A stretch of 64,000 nt of DNA from an uncultured Candidatus Saccharibacteria bacterium (GCA_964384345.1 CAYLKD010000002.1:45518-109517), one strand, 5' to 3'; shown: positions 8,247 through 16,155, counted from the first letter of the stretch. Numbers and translations are program-made. Notes: generated by a model from the sequence alone, not told the origin.

Positions 8247-8846
8247 ATGAAATACCGCTTGAAAGAAATCAGGCGCAAGACCGTGCGTCCGGTCTTGGCG
8301 ATGATCCTCGCGCTCATGCTCGGCTGCAGCATCACCACGCCGTCCATCGCGAGCGCCTCGGCGCCTAGTACCCAGCAGACCACCGTGTCTGTTTCGGCAT
8401 CGAATGCCGCTGCACCAACCGTTCAGGCGTCTGTCACAAGCACCATCCGTGCCTGCTGGCGGAGCTACCAGTTCTTCGGCGGTCGCGACCACCAGTCCGT
8501 CTCCTACAACCTGTACCTCTACGAGGACCACGGGACAGGACTGGATGTCTACCGCGCTGAAGCGACGGTGATCTCGCACAACTTCGACTCCGGTGCGCCC
8601 TACGAGGTGCTACGGAACCAGATCAACGTGCTCAACCTCGGGTACGGTGATCGGGTACTGGAGACATCGGGCGCTCCGATCAACTACGGCGAGCCGCGCG
8701 TCGATGCGATGACGGGTCACTGGCCCAGTGTCGTCGCGTACCCGAGCGCGCTCAGGGTCCGGCTGCACGGCTCCACGAGATGGAGCGACGGCAAGGTCGT
8801 CAACTGGCAGACCGGCCTCCTGGTGTGGGGTCAGACCAACTGCTGA
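8247..8846 (+). CDS. Hypothetical secreted lipoprotein on a high-GC island
   Basis: A signal peptide with the lipobox-like LMLGC is present, and SD GGAGGA lies upstream. Codon usage is strongly G/C-ending. I recognised no family. Confidence 0.65.
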   Translation: MKYRLKEIRRKTVRPVLAMILALMLGCSITTPSIASASAPSTQQTTVSVSASNAAAPTVQASVTSTIRACWRSYQFFGGRDHQSVSYNLYLYEDHGTGLDVYRAEATVISHNFDSGAPYEVLRNQINVLNLGYGDRVLETSGAPINYGEPRVDAMTGHWPSVVAYPSALRVRLHGSTRWSDGKVVNWQTGLLVWGQTNC

Positions 8847-8889
8847 CCCACCCACGCCACTACCCCTACTAGAGGAAGGAGTGCTCATG

Positions 8890-8923
8890 AAGCACCCCTC
8901 AAGTAGGGGTGCTTTCATGTTTT
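8890..8923 (+). terminator. Intrinsic terminator after the island gene
   Basis: AAGCACCCCT (8890-8899), loop CAAGT, AGGGGTGCTT (8905-8914), followed by a T-rich tail. Confidence 0.6.
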
Positions 8924-8968
8924 GCTGAAATTATAGATACATCACTATTCATGACATACTAGTAAAAG

Positions 8969-10015
8969 ATGAAAACACTACAAATGTATGGCTGGACACA
9001 TCACGATCAGACTAGTTGGGACAGCTTAGGCCTACACAGCTTGAAGCCAGCACGAGTGATAGCTGATTTCGGTACTTCGCTCACAATTGCGTATCCTGAG
9101 ACTGCAACTGCTGAGCTCACCGGTAAATTAGCGCATCATACAAACAGGGAGGTATCACCAAAAGTAGGCGATTGGGTTGCGGCGCGTATCCTCGATGACA
9201 GTAGTGCAGTGATCGAATCTGTCGTGTGTCGGCGAAATGCTATTGCGCGAAAAGTTGTAGGTAAACGAACATCGAAGCAGATCATCGCAGCCAATGTCGA
9301 TGTTGCATTTGTGCTACTTGCGCTCGATAACGATTTTAGTATTGAACGATTGCAGCGCTTTTTGTTTCAGCTTGTGAGGGAGAACATAAGCCCAGTGATT
9401 GTTCTGAATAAAGCCGATAAAACGAATGACGTACCGTCGTATCTGGAGCAACTACGTACGATAGAGCATCCCATCGTCGTGACGACTGCAGTCGAAGGGG
9501 TCGGAATAGACAAGGTACTCGAATTCATCGCGCCTGGTCGGACGGCGATGCTACTTGGCTCGTCAGGTGTGGGCAAATCGACACTGACCAATCGGCTGCT
9601 TCAGCGCGACGAGCAAGCAACTCAAGCCGTCAGAACGTCAGATGCTACAGGAAAGCATACGACTGTGCACCGCGAGTTGTTTGTACTGCCAAACGGTGGG
9701 CTCCTTATCGATAACCCAGGAGTACGAGAATTTGCTCTCTGGGGAATAGAAGACGACGTCGATCTACTGTACGCCGATATTGTAGCGCTCAGTCGTCTCT
9801 GTAGATTTGATGATTGTCGGCATGAAAAAGAATCTGGATGCGCTATAAAAAAAGCGTTGCAAAACGGTCTGCTTGATAAAAACCACTATGCAAATTATTG
9901 CAAAATGCGCAGCGAGTTAGTTGGTTTGAATAAGAGGACTGTCGTCGCACGCGCAAAGGCGAATCAGCGGCCACCAAGAAATTCGAATTGGAACGACGAG
10001 GAATGGTACGGCTAG
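8969..10015 (+). CDS. rsgA: Ribosome small-subunit-dependent GTPase A
   Basis: The motifs are NKAD (G4), GSSGVGKSTL (G1) and DNPGVREF, plus the C-terminal zinc knuckle CRFDDCRHEKESGC. Confidence 0.9.
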   Translation: MKTLQMYGWTHHDQTSWDSLGLHSLKPARVIADFGTSLTIAYPETATAELTGKLAHHTNREVSPKVGDWVAARILDDSSAVIESVVCRRNAIARKVVGKRTSKQIIAANVDVAFVLLALDNDFSIERLQRFLFQLVRENISPVIVLNKADKTNDVPSYLEQLRTIEHPIVVTTAVEGVGIDKVLEFIAPGRTAMLLGSSGVGKSTLTNRLLQRDEQATQAVRTSDATGKHTTVHRELFVLPNGGLLIDNPGVREFALWGIEDDVDLLYADIVALSRLCRFDDCRHEKESGCAIKKALQNGLLDKNHYANYCKMRSELVGLNKRTVVARAKANQRPPRNSNWNDEEWYG

Positions 10016-10158
10016 AGAGGGAGCTTAGGCTTTTTGTCTTTTTTTGGTTTTTTAACGTTCTTTTTTTGATCAGTGCCTTTAGACATAATGTATTCCTTGT
10101 TTAATGAATGTAGTATAGCAGTAAAACAAAACTGATACAGCGAGTTTTATATGAATAT

Positions 10159-10193
10159 AAAAATAGACAGGAGTTTCTTACGCTACTGTCTAT
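10159..10193 (-). terminator. Intrinsic terminator of the small basic ORF
   Basis: On the minus strand ATAGACAG, a 15-nt loop and CTGTCTAT are followed by TTTTT (plus-strand A-run 10159-10163). Confidence 0.6.
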
Positions 10194-10214
10194 CTATTCG
10201 CATATAAAAAAATA

Positions 10215-10301
10215 CTACGCGTTGCGCTGGTTATTGCCGCCGAGTTTTTTCTTGAGTGCGCGTTTTCGAGAAGCGCTGTGTCGATTCTTTTGTTTGGCCA
10301 T
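10215..10301 (-). CDS. Unannotated 28-aa highly basic peptide (MAKQKNRHSASRKRALKKKLGGNNQRNA)
   Basis: It is below the 60-aa ORF-track cutoff. SD GGAAGGA lies 5 nt upstream of the ATG, and it has its own hairpin plus T-run terminator. The composition is ribosomal-protein-like. Confidence 0.45.
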   Translation of the reverse strand: MAKQKNRHSASRKRALKKKLGGNNQRNA

Positions 10302-10363
10302 ATGTTCCTTCCGTATGTATTATGCCTATGGTAGCACGAAACTCCTCAGATTTACAGGTTTTG

Positions 10364-10372
10364 TGGTATAAT
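10364..10372 (+). promoter_or_regulatory. Extended -10 promoter element (TGgTATAAT)
   Basis: It is an exact TGnTATAAT about 50 nt upstream of ATG 10425, and that gene has an SD. Confidence 0.5.
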
Positions 10373-10424
10373 CATAAACAGTTAAGTATAGAATACTTAC
10401 GCAATCCAGAAAGAGGAAGTCGCC

Positions 10425-10658
10425 ATGAAGACAAGTACCAAAGCATTTTTTGAATCAGAAATAGGGTTGTCACTTCGTCAGCAACTTCTCGATATGGTAG
10501 CGAATGAGCAATATAGTACCGTTACTATGTACTCTACTCAAGATAAAGACGGACTCACTTTTGTGCAAAAGCACATGAACTATATGGGTCAGTTTGCTGG
10601 TCTTAACCACCAACAATACATCTCAAACTTGAAACTGATGACTAGAAAAAGTAGCTAA
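10425..10658 (+). CDS. Hypothetical small protein (77 aa)
   Basis: SD AAGAGGAAG lies 6 nt upstream and an extended -10 lies further upstream. I recognised no family. Confidence 0.5.
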   Translation: MKTSTKAFFESEIGLSLRQQLLDMVANEQYSTVTMYSTQDKDGLTFVQKHMNYMGQFAGLNHQQYISNLKLMTRKSS

Positions 10659-10723
10659 AGCATTTTTCTCAGTTTGTGAGCCAGATTTTGGGCTTTCACG
10701 CCCACATTGATCACGCTGGCTCT

Positions 10724-11566
10724 TCAGTGCATATTCATTGTTGCAGGATCTGGACCTTGTCGGGTACCATTTTCAAGTTCATTTATAACTTGCATGTCAT
10801 CTGAGTTTAGCTCAAAATCAAACACATCAATATTTTGCTCGATTCGCTCTTTGTGCACTGACTTAGGTATAACGATGAGGTTATTTTGAATATGCCATCT
10901 GATGACCACTTGTGCAGGTGATTTGCCATACTGCTTGGCAATTGAAGCAAGGGATTCTTCTTGTAAGAGGTTGCCTCTACTACCACCTATCGGGCTCCAT
11001 GACTCAACGTGGATATTGTTTGATGCACAAAAATCACGTAACTCTTGCTGTGGTAAGTATGGATGTAGCTCAATTTGATTAACGACTGGTGGAACTGTAG
11101 CGACTGCGAGAAGTTCACGTAGCTCTTTAACGGGGAAGTTGCAAACGCCAATTGAGCGTATTTTGCCTTCTTTTTGAAGTGCTTCAAATACGTTCCAGGT
11201 TTGAATGAATAAGCCTACATCGGGCATGGGCCAATGGATGAGATAGAGATCAATATAATCTACACCTAGCTTTTGTAAACTAGCTTCAAATGCTGAGCGG
11301 ACTTTATCGGCACTGCCTTGGTCGGCATTCCATAATTTTGTAGTAACAAACAGTTCTTCTCGTGGAACAGTGCTTGCAGCAATCGCGCGACCAACGCCGG
11401 CTTCATTTTGGTAAACGGCAGCAGTGTCTAATAGTCGGTAACCTGCATCGATTGCCCACGATACAGCATGCTCGACTTCTTTGTCACTGGCTTGCCAAAC
11501 GCCGAGGCCTAGCTGTGGCATCGTATTGCCGTCATTCAATTTTACGGATGGTAATTCTGTATACAT
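10724..11566 (-). CDS. Aldo/keto reductase (DkgA-like)
   Basis: The motifs LGLGVW, LLDTAAVYQNE, LYLIHWP and IPKS..ERI..N are present. Length is 280 aa. Confidence 0.9.
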   Translation of the reverse strand: MYTELPSVKLNDGNTMPQLGLGVWQASDKEVEHAVSWAIDAGYRLLDTAAVYQNEAGVGRAIAASTVPREELFVTTKLWNADQGSADKVRSAFEASLQKLGVDYIDLYLIHWPMPDVGLFIQTWNVFEALQKEGKIRSIGVCNFPVKELRELLAVATVPPVVNQIELHPYLPQQELRDFCASNNIHVESWSPIGGSRGNLLQEESLASIAKQYGKSPAQVVIRWHIQNNLIVIPKSVHKERIEQNIDVFDFELNSDDMQVINELENGTRQGPDPATMNMH

Positions 11567-11661
11567 GATGATACCTCCTATATCTGTTTCTAGTATACAA
11601 GATGAAGGTAGAGCATGTAAAAAAGTATCCTTTTTGGATCAACTCTTTACTATTTTCTGCG

Positions 11662-11670
11662 TGGTATACT
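11662..11670 (+). promoter_or_regulatory. Extended -10 element (TGgTATACT) of the metK leader
   Basis: It is a TGnTATACT directly upstream of the riboswitch. Confidence 0.5.
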
Positions 11671-11689
11671 TGACTGGTAACAACAATTA

Positions 11690-11852
11690 ATCACGTATTG
11701 AGAGTGCAGCGAGAGAACTAGCTCTATGACCTGCCGGCAACCGATCAAATTCGGTGCCCCTTCTAGCCCTATCTGGGAAAGATAACAAGCTACCTCCTTT
11801 TGTCATCTTTCCTGCGACTTGCGGCCGAGAAAGATACGTAAAAAAGGAGTTT
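11690..11852 (+). promoter_or_regulatory. SAM riboswitch (SAM-I clan, SAM-IV / SAM-I-IV-like core) with a translational expression platform
   Basis: GAGAGUGCAGCG...CUGCCGGCAACC-(CCGA UCAAAU UCGG)-UGCCCC matches the SAM-IV-type core. Anti-SD CUCCUUUU (11794-11801) is complementary to the SD AAAAGGAG (11842-11849). AUCUUUC (11805-11811) can pair with either copy of GAAAGAU (11777-11783 or 11829-11835). The element sits upstream of metK. Confidence 0.65.
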
Positions 11853-11856
11853 TTTT

Positions 11857-12834
11857 ATGGCAATGTATCGTAGCGCAGAAAGCGTGAGTCCGAAGCATCC
11901 AGATAAACTGTGTGATCAAATATCAGATGCGATTTTGGATGCCTATCTCAAAGTTGATCCAGATGCACGGGTCGCGGTTGAGACAGTCGGGGGTCATGGC
12001 AAAGTATTTATCACTGGAGAAGTAACTGCTCGCATGCATATAGCTGTAGCTCCCATCGTCAATCGTCTCGCGGGTGATGTGCAACTCGAAGTTCATTTGG
12101 TGACTCAAAGTCCGGAGATCGCTTCGGGCGTTGATACCGGCGGCGCTGGTGACCAAGGTATTATGGTTGGCTACGCCTGTGATGAAACCGATGAACTCTT
12201 GCCGCTTGAAGTAGTTCTCTCGCGCACGCTCAACCAAGCGTTATATGAACGATGGCCATATGATGGCAAAACACAGATCACTCTCAAAAACGACAAAATC
12301 ACGGCCGTTGTTGCCAGCTTTCAGCATGCTCCACGAGAAGAACTCGAAACGCAGGTATTATCATGGATTAAAAAAGATTCACGAGCAAAAGTAGATTCCT
12401 CTTCATTCGAGTTGCATGCGAATCCGGCCGGGGACTGGAAGCAGGGCGGATTTGACGCGGATGCTGGACTCACCGGACGAAAACTAGTTGTCGACAACTA
12501 TGGTCCACGAATACCTATCGGCGGCGGCTGTTTTAGTGGCAAAGATGCCAGCAAAGTAGACCGATCGGCGGCATACATGGCCCGTAAAATTGCTCGAGAT
12601 TACCTACGGAGCCGAAAAGCACATGAAGTCTATTGTCATTTGGCATATGCAATTGGTTATGATCAACCGCTAGAGGCGTCAGTAACAATCGATGGCAAGC
12701 AAGAGCTCGTGCGAGGGTATGACATAACTCCACGAGGCATCATACAGCATCTTGACCTAAGAACACCGATATATGAAGCAACAGCGCGGTACGGACATTT
12801 TGGACATCCTTCGTTTAACTGGGAAAAAGATTGA
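11857..12834 (+). CDS. metK: S-adenosylmethionine synthetase (short form, 325 aa)
   Basis: The motifs are SPKHPDKLCDQISD, GGAGDQGIMVGYA and GGGCFSGKDASKVDRSAAY. Confidence 0.9.
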   Translation: MAMYRSAESVSPKHPDKLCDQISDAILDAYLKVDPDARVAVETVGGHGKVFITGEVTARMHIAVAPIVNRLAGDVQLEVHLVTQSPEIASGVDTGGAGDQGIMVGYACDETDELLPLEVVLSRTLNQALYERWPYDGKTQITLKNDKITAVVASFQHAPREELETQVLSWIKKDSRAKVDSSSFELHANPAGDWKQGGFDADAGLTGRKLVVDNYGPRIPIGGGCFSGKDASKVDRSAAYMARKIARDYLRSRKAHEVYCHLAYAIGYDQPLEASVTIDGKQELVRGYDITPRGIIQHLDLRTPIYEATARYGHFGHPSFNWEKD

Positions 12835-12850
12835 AATATTTAAATATTTC
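12833..12850. promoter_or_regulatory. Perfect 18-bp palindrome, candidate ArsR-family operator
   Basis: GAAATATTTAAATATTTC lies immediately upstream of TATAAT (12853-12858) of the arsR-family gene. Confidence 0.4.
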
Positions 12851-12864
12851 GATATAATTAGGTT

Positions 12865-13146
12865 ATGGAACATCAAAAAACCACTGAAATTTTCAAGGCG
12901 CTCGGTGACGAGATACGACTTGGGATAGTGCGCAAGCTTGTCAGTGAGAACGATGCTGTTGCTAGCTGTGATATCATTTCTTCGTGCGCGAGCCGGACAA
13001 ACCTATCACAACCGGCAATGAGTCACCATTTCAATAAATTAGTGGCAGCAGGAGTTTTATCTGAGCAAAAATGCGGTACGCAGAAAAAATACCAGCTGGA
13101 AACAGACTATCTGCTTTCACTTGGTATCGATGTTTCAAAACTATAA
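12865..13146 (+). CDS. ArsR/SmtB-family transcriptional regulator
   Basis: The winged HTH reads FKALGDEIRLGIVRKL...LSQPAMSHHFNKLVAAGVL. Length is 93 aa. Confidence 0.85.
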   Translation: MEHQKTTEIFKALGDEIRLGIVRKLVSENDAVASCDIISSCASRTNLSQPAMSHHFNKLVAAGVLSEQKCGTQKKYQLETDYLLSLGIDVSKL

Positions 13147-13169
13147 ATAGTATCAAAATGGGGGAATCA

Positions 13170-13715
13170 ATGTCATACATATTAGTTGTAACTGGAAGTG
13201 CACGTCCAAACAGTGTCAATGAAAAAATGGTACCAGAAGTGGTGTCAGTGCTGGAGAAAAAAGGTGCAGAAGTAAAAGTTGCTGACTTAAAACAAATCAA
13301 TCTACCGTTTTTTGATGCACCGTACGCTCCAACGAGCCCTGACTACACTCCATCAAACGAAGTAGCTAAAGAATGGACGCAGATGGTTGCCGATGCGAAT
13401 GGCGTCGTATTTGTGACTCCAGAATATAATCACACACTCAGTGCAATACAGCTCAATGCAATCGATTGGATCGGCAAAGAATGGGAGCACAAACCTATCG
13501 CACTTGTCGGTTATGGCTGGAGCGGCGCAATCCAAGCTCACGCAGCTGCTCGCGAAGCATTATCAGTCAACCTCAAAGCAAACGTTGGTGATGCGCAAGC
13601 TAATCTTCACTTCATGAAGGACATCAATCCAGATGGTACTGCAATTGATGCTGATGTTGTGCAGCAAAAAATCACTGCATCTGTCGAGGAGCTTTTGCAG
13701 ACAATTGCAAAATAA
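13170..13715 (+). CDS. NAD(P)H-dependent FMN reductase-family oxidoreductase
   Basis: The flavodoxin-like fold motifs ILVVTGSARPNSVN and VFVTPEYNHTLS are present. ATG 13170 is preceded by GGGGGA. The ORF stays open upstream to 13071, overlapping arsR. Confidence 0.8.
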   Translation: MSYILVVTGSARPNSVNEKMVPEVVSVLEKKGAEVKVADLKQINLPFFDAPYAPTSPDYTPSNEVAKEWTQMVADANGVVFVTPEYNHTLSAIQLNAIDWIGKEWEHKPIALVGYGWSGAIQAHAAAREALSVNLKANVGDAQANLHFMKDINPDGTAIDADVVQQKITASVEELLQTIAK

Positions 13716-13734
13716 CATCCTGACACAATAATTA

Positions 13735-13773
13735 TGTGCCACGTTCATCAAAAATGAGTGTGGCACATTTTTT
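13735..13773 (+). terminator. Hairpin plus T6 (terminator of the reductase gene, or an attenuator of the erm-like gene)
   Basis: TGTGCCAC (13735-13742), 17-nt loop, GTGGCACA (13760-13767), then T6 (13768-13773). It abuts ATG 13774. Confidence 0.65.
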
Positions 13774-14511
13774 ATGTATACTACTACTATGGCTAGGTCC
13801 GATCAGTATGCGCAACATTTTCTCCGTTCACCACGGGTTGTTGCTGAGCTTGTTGGCCATAGCAATATACGCAAGAATGATGTGGTGTACGATCTCGGAG
13901 CAGGTAGTGGAGTGATAGCAAGCGTGCTCGCACGGCGTGCCAAGCAAGTCATTGCAGTGGAGATTGAACCAGAAGCAGTAAAAAAACTGCGTTCTAATGT
14001 AGGGTTGGTCGAAAACGTGACCATCATTACGCAAGATATACTCGATATTATACCTGAGACTCGGTACAAAATATTTGCGAATATACCGTTTTCATTAAGC
14101 TCAGACGTTGTGAGACATTTTACTTCAGTCCCATTACAACCCACCAGTATGTATGTAATCGTCCAAAAACAGTTTGCAATGAAATTGACGCCGAGCGATG
14201 CACATTTTAATTCTGAGCTAGGCGCAGAATTATGGCCGTGGTTTAGTGTGCGCATTCGTAGGCCATTAAAGCGAACGGACTTTACTCCACCGCCTGCAGT
14301 TGATACGGTACTTCTCGAAATCAAACCGCTTGAAACGCCGTTGTTGCCATTGCAAGACCAAGAGAAATATAAGAGATTTGTCGCTAAGTGTTTTGCTGAG
14401 CAACTATACTTCGCGAAACAGCCAAAGGCACAAGCTGGAATTGACGCAGCGAGAAAACCCTCAGAAGTACGCGCTGAACAATGGGTACGGCTTTACAGTC
14501 TTAGCCGATAG
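13774..14511 (+). CDS. Erm-like rRNA adenine N6-methyltransferase
   Basis: The motifs are QHFL, DLGAGSGVI and YKIFANIPFSLSSDVV, with an Erm-like C-terminal domain. At 245 aa it is close to ErmC (244 aa) and shorter than KsgA. Confidence 0.7.
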   Translation: MYTTTMARSDQYAQHFLRSPRVVAELVGHSNIRKNDVVYDLGAGSGVIASVLARRAKQVIAVEIEPEAVKKLRSNVGLVENVTIITQDILDIIPETRYKIFANIPFSLSSDVVRHFTSVPLQPTSMYVIVQKQFAMKLTPSDAHFNSELGAELWPWFSVRIRRPLKRTDFTPPPAVDTVLLEIKPLETPLLPLQDQEKYKRFVAKCFAEQLYFAKQPKAQAGIDAARKPSEVRAEQWVRLYSLSR

Positions 14512-15040
14512 CGCCGCCAAATAAGGTGCCTATATAATAGGTGACACCCATGGCGATCAGGCCACCGATAACAACGCGGGTGATTGCGCGAGGCACAGAA
14601 GCGCCTCCTACTTTCGCACTCGAATAACCTGTGATAAATAACGCGATAAGCACAGCAATAACTGTCGCTTGAATTTTAATTGCAGTCGGTGCAAGTATAA
14701 CCATTAAGAAAGGAATGACGCCTCCTATGGTAAATGCAATTAGCGACGCAAGCGCTGCCTGAGTCGGACTGGTAAACTCAGTGTCTTTCGCATTTTTAGC
14801 AGCATGGACCTTTTCTACGTCTTTTTGACTAGCGACTGAAACATATTCTCCCACTGCCATAGACAGCGCTCCAGCGACAAGTGCAGCTAAACCAGCGGTA
14901 AAAATAGCGCCATTGGTTGCGCCTGCACCCGCAACGCCCATCACCACACTCGAAGTCGACACAATTCCATCATTTGCGCCAAGGACGGCAGCGCGTAAGC
15001 GATTGAGCATACGTGTATCTGGTTTTTTAGCAGTGGTCAT
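14501..15040 (-). CDS. VIT1/CCC1-family iron/manganese transporter
   Basis: LRAAVLGANDGIVSTSSVVMGVAGA is present and the C-terminal half is hydrophobic. Confidence 0.8.
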   Translation of the reverse strand: MTTAKKPDTRMLNRLRAAVLGANDGIVSTSSVVMGVAGAGATNGAIFTAGLAALVAGALSMAVGEYVSVASQKDVEKVHAAKNAKDTEFTSPTQAALASLIAFTIGGVIPFLMVILAPTAIKIQATVIAVLIALFITGYSSAKVGGASVPRAITRVVIGGLIAMGVTYYIGTLFGGAIG

Positions 15041-15093
15041 TTACTTCTATTATACTATATAAGTTAAAACGTAAGGAGTATACTGACAGTAAT

Positions 15094-15597
15094 ATGTATG
15101 ACATTCTCGTAAGAATACTCGCAGACGGACTTGTCGCCCCGATCGTACTGCTTGGAGCATGGGCACTCGTGGTATGTGTTCCAAAAAAAGGGAAATTGCA
15201 GTCATATTCACGCGTGCTAATGGCAGGACTAACGGCGTATCTTGTCGCAAAACTAATTGCTTCTATATATCAGCCCGATGCCGCGCGACCGTTTCAAGAG
15301 ATGGGCGTGCAAGCCGGTGCACTTTACTTGAATAATCCGGGCTTTCCTTCTGACCATTTATTGTTTTGTACCGCCATTAGCTTGGCAGTATGGTTTGAGA
15401 CACGCCAAAAGAAACTTGCTGCAATGCTTGGTGTCCTGACTATTCTAGTAGCAATTGGAAGAGTGGTTGCGCTCGTACACACGCCGCTCGACGTAATTGG
15501 GGGCATAGTTTTTGCTCTAGTCGGCATCCCATGGTACCTTCAGAAAGATACATCAGTATCAGGTACTCGCGAAAAACGCAATAAACGTGTAGAATAA
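15094..15597 (+). CDS. PAP2-family phosphatase (BcrC/undecaprenyl-diphosphatase-like)
   Basis: The PAP2 motifs are PDAARPF, PSDH and GRVVALVHTPLDV. It is a membrane protein. Confidence 0.75.
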   Translation: MYDILVRILADGLVAPIVLLGAWALVVCVPKKGKLQSYSRVLMAGLTAYLVAKLIASIYQPDAARPFQEMGVQAGALYLNNPGFPSDHLLFCTAISLAVWFETRQKKLAAMLGVLTILVAIGRVVALVHTPLDVIGGIVFALVGIPWYLQKDTSVSGTREKRNKRVE

Positions 15598-15626
15598 CCT
15601 ATAATAATTCATAAATAGGAGAATCT

Positions 15627-16115
15627 ATGGTTAAGCAACCAGTGCAATCACAGCAGCCTGCTGTGTCAATCATGCCGTGGCTAGAATTGATAAGTGTTTT
15701 AGTGGTAGGAGCTGTAACTGGACTGCTTACGTATGCCCTTTATTTTGTGTTTGAGCATTATATATTTACTCCAACGCTTTGTGCGAATACTGCAACAAAC
15801 CTTGGAAAATGCGAGAATGTCGCTGCACTTTCAACTGGATTTTCGTCGATCATAGCGGGATTTGTTGCACTATTTGCCTTAGTGCGCCAGCGAACCTTTC
15901 GCCCACTGTTGATCGTTCTTGCGGTTACGATAGGTTTATGGAATGTTGTTAGTCTAGTTGTAGGTCTGCAGTGGCTAATCGCTGCTGCTGTAATGACAGT
16001 TTTGTTTGCCGTAGCGTACGCGGCGTTTGCATGGCTTTCACAGATCCGTAGTTTCGTTGTTTCTTTAGTGCTTGTTATTGTAGTCGTAATAGCACTTCGT
16101 GTTGTCGTTAATTAG
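15627..16115 (+). CDS. Hypothetical membrane protein
   Basis: SD AGGAG is present and there are 4 predicted TM helices. Confidence 0.55.
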   Translation: MVKQPVQSQQPAVSIMPWLELISVLVVGAVTGLLTYALYFVFEHYIFTPTLCANTATNLGKCENVAALSTGFSSIIAGFVALFALVRQRTFRPLLIVLAVTIGLWNVVSLVVGLQWLIAAAVMTVLFAVAYAAFAWLSQIRSFVVSLVLVIVVVIALRVVVN

Positions 16116-16155
16116 ATAGAAGTCGTGCTTATGGTTTGCGTAGTATACTAATACT

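Noticed and set aside
8073-8918. Long minus-strand ORFs (8073-8579 at 168 aa; 8610-8918 at 102 aa) and the plus-strand ORF 8728-8928 inside the high-GC island.
   Set aside because: High-GC DNA is poor in stop codons and keeps antisense and off-frame ORFs open. Their products are Arg/Gly/Ala-rich low-complexity sequence. Only the 8247-8846 frame has an SD, a signal peptide and a terminator.
8150-8965. A possible target-site duplication flanking the high-GC island (TACTACTAAA at 8151-8160 versus TACTAGTAAA at 8954-8963).
   Set aside because: It is a 10-nt AT-rich match with one mismatch. That is easily explained by chance in AT-rich intergenic DNA, and there are no associated mobility genes.
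10012-10086. A 24-aa Lys-rich minus-strand ORF (MSKGTDQKKNVKKPKKDKKPKLPL) with an AAGGA upstream.
   Set aside because: It runs into the 3' end of rsgA and has no terminator. It lies in a T-rich tract that is more simply the rsgA 3' region. It is too weak to call.
10256-10453. The plus-strand 65-aa ORF in the ORF track.
   Set aside because: It overlaps the better-supported small minus-strand gene and the promoter, SD and start of the 10425 gene. It has no SD and an implausible sequence.
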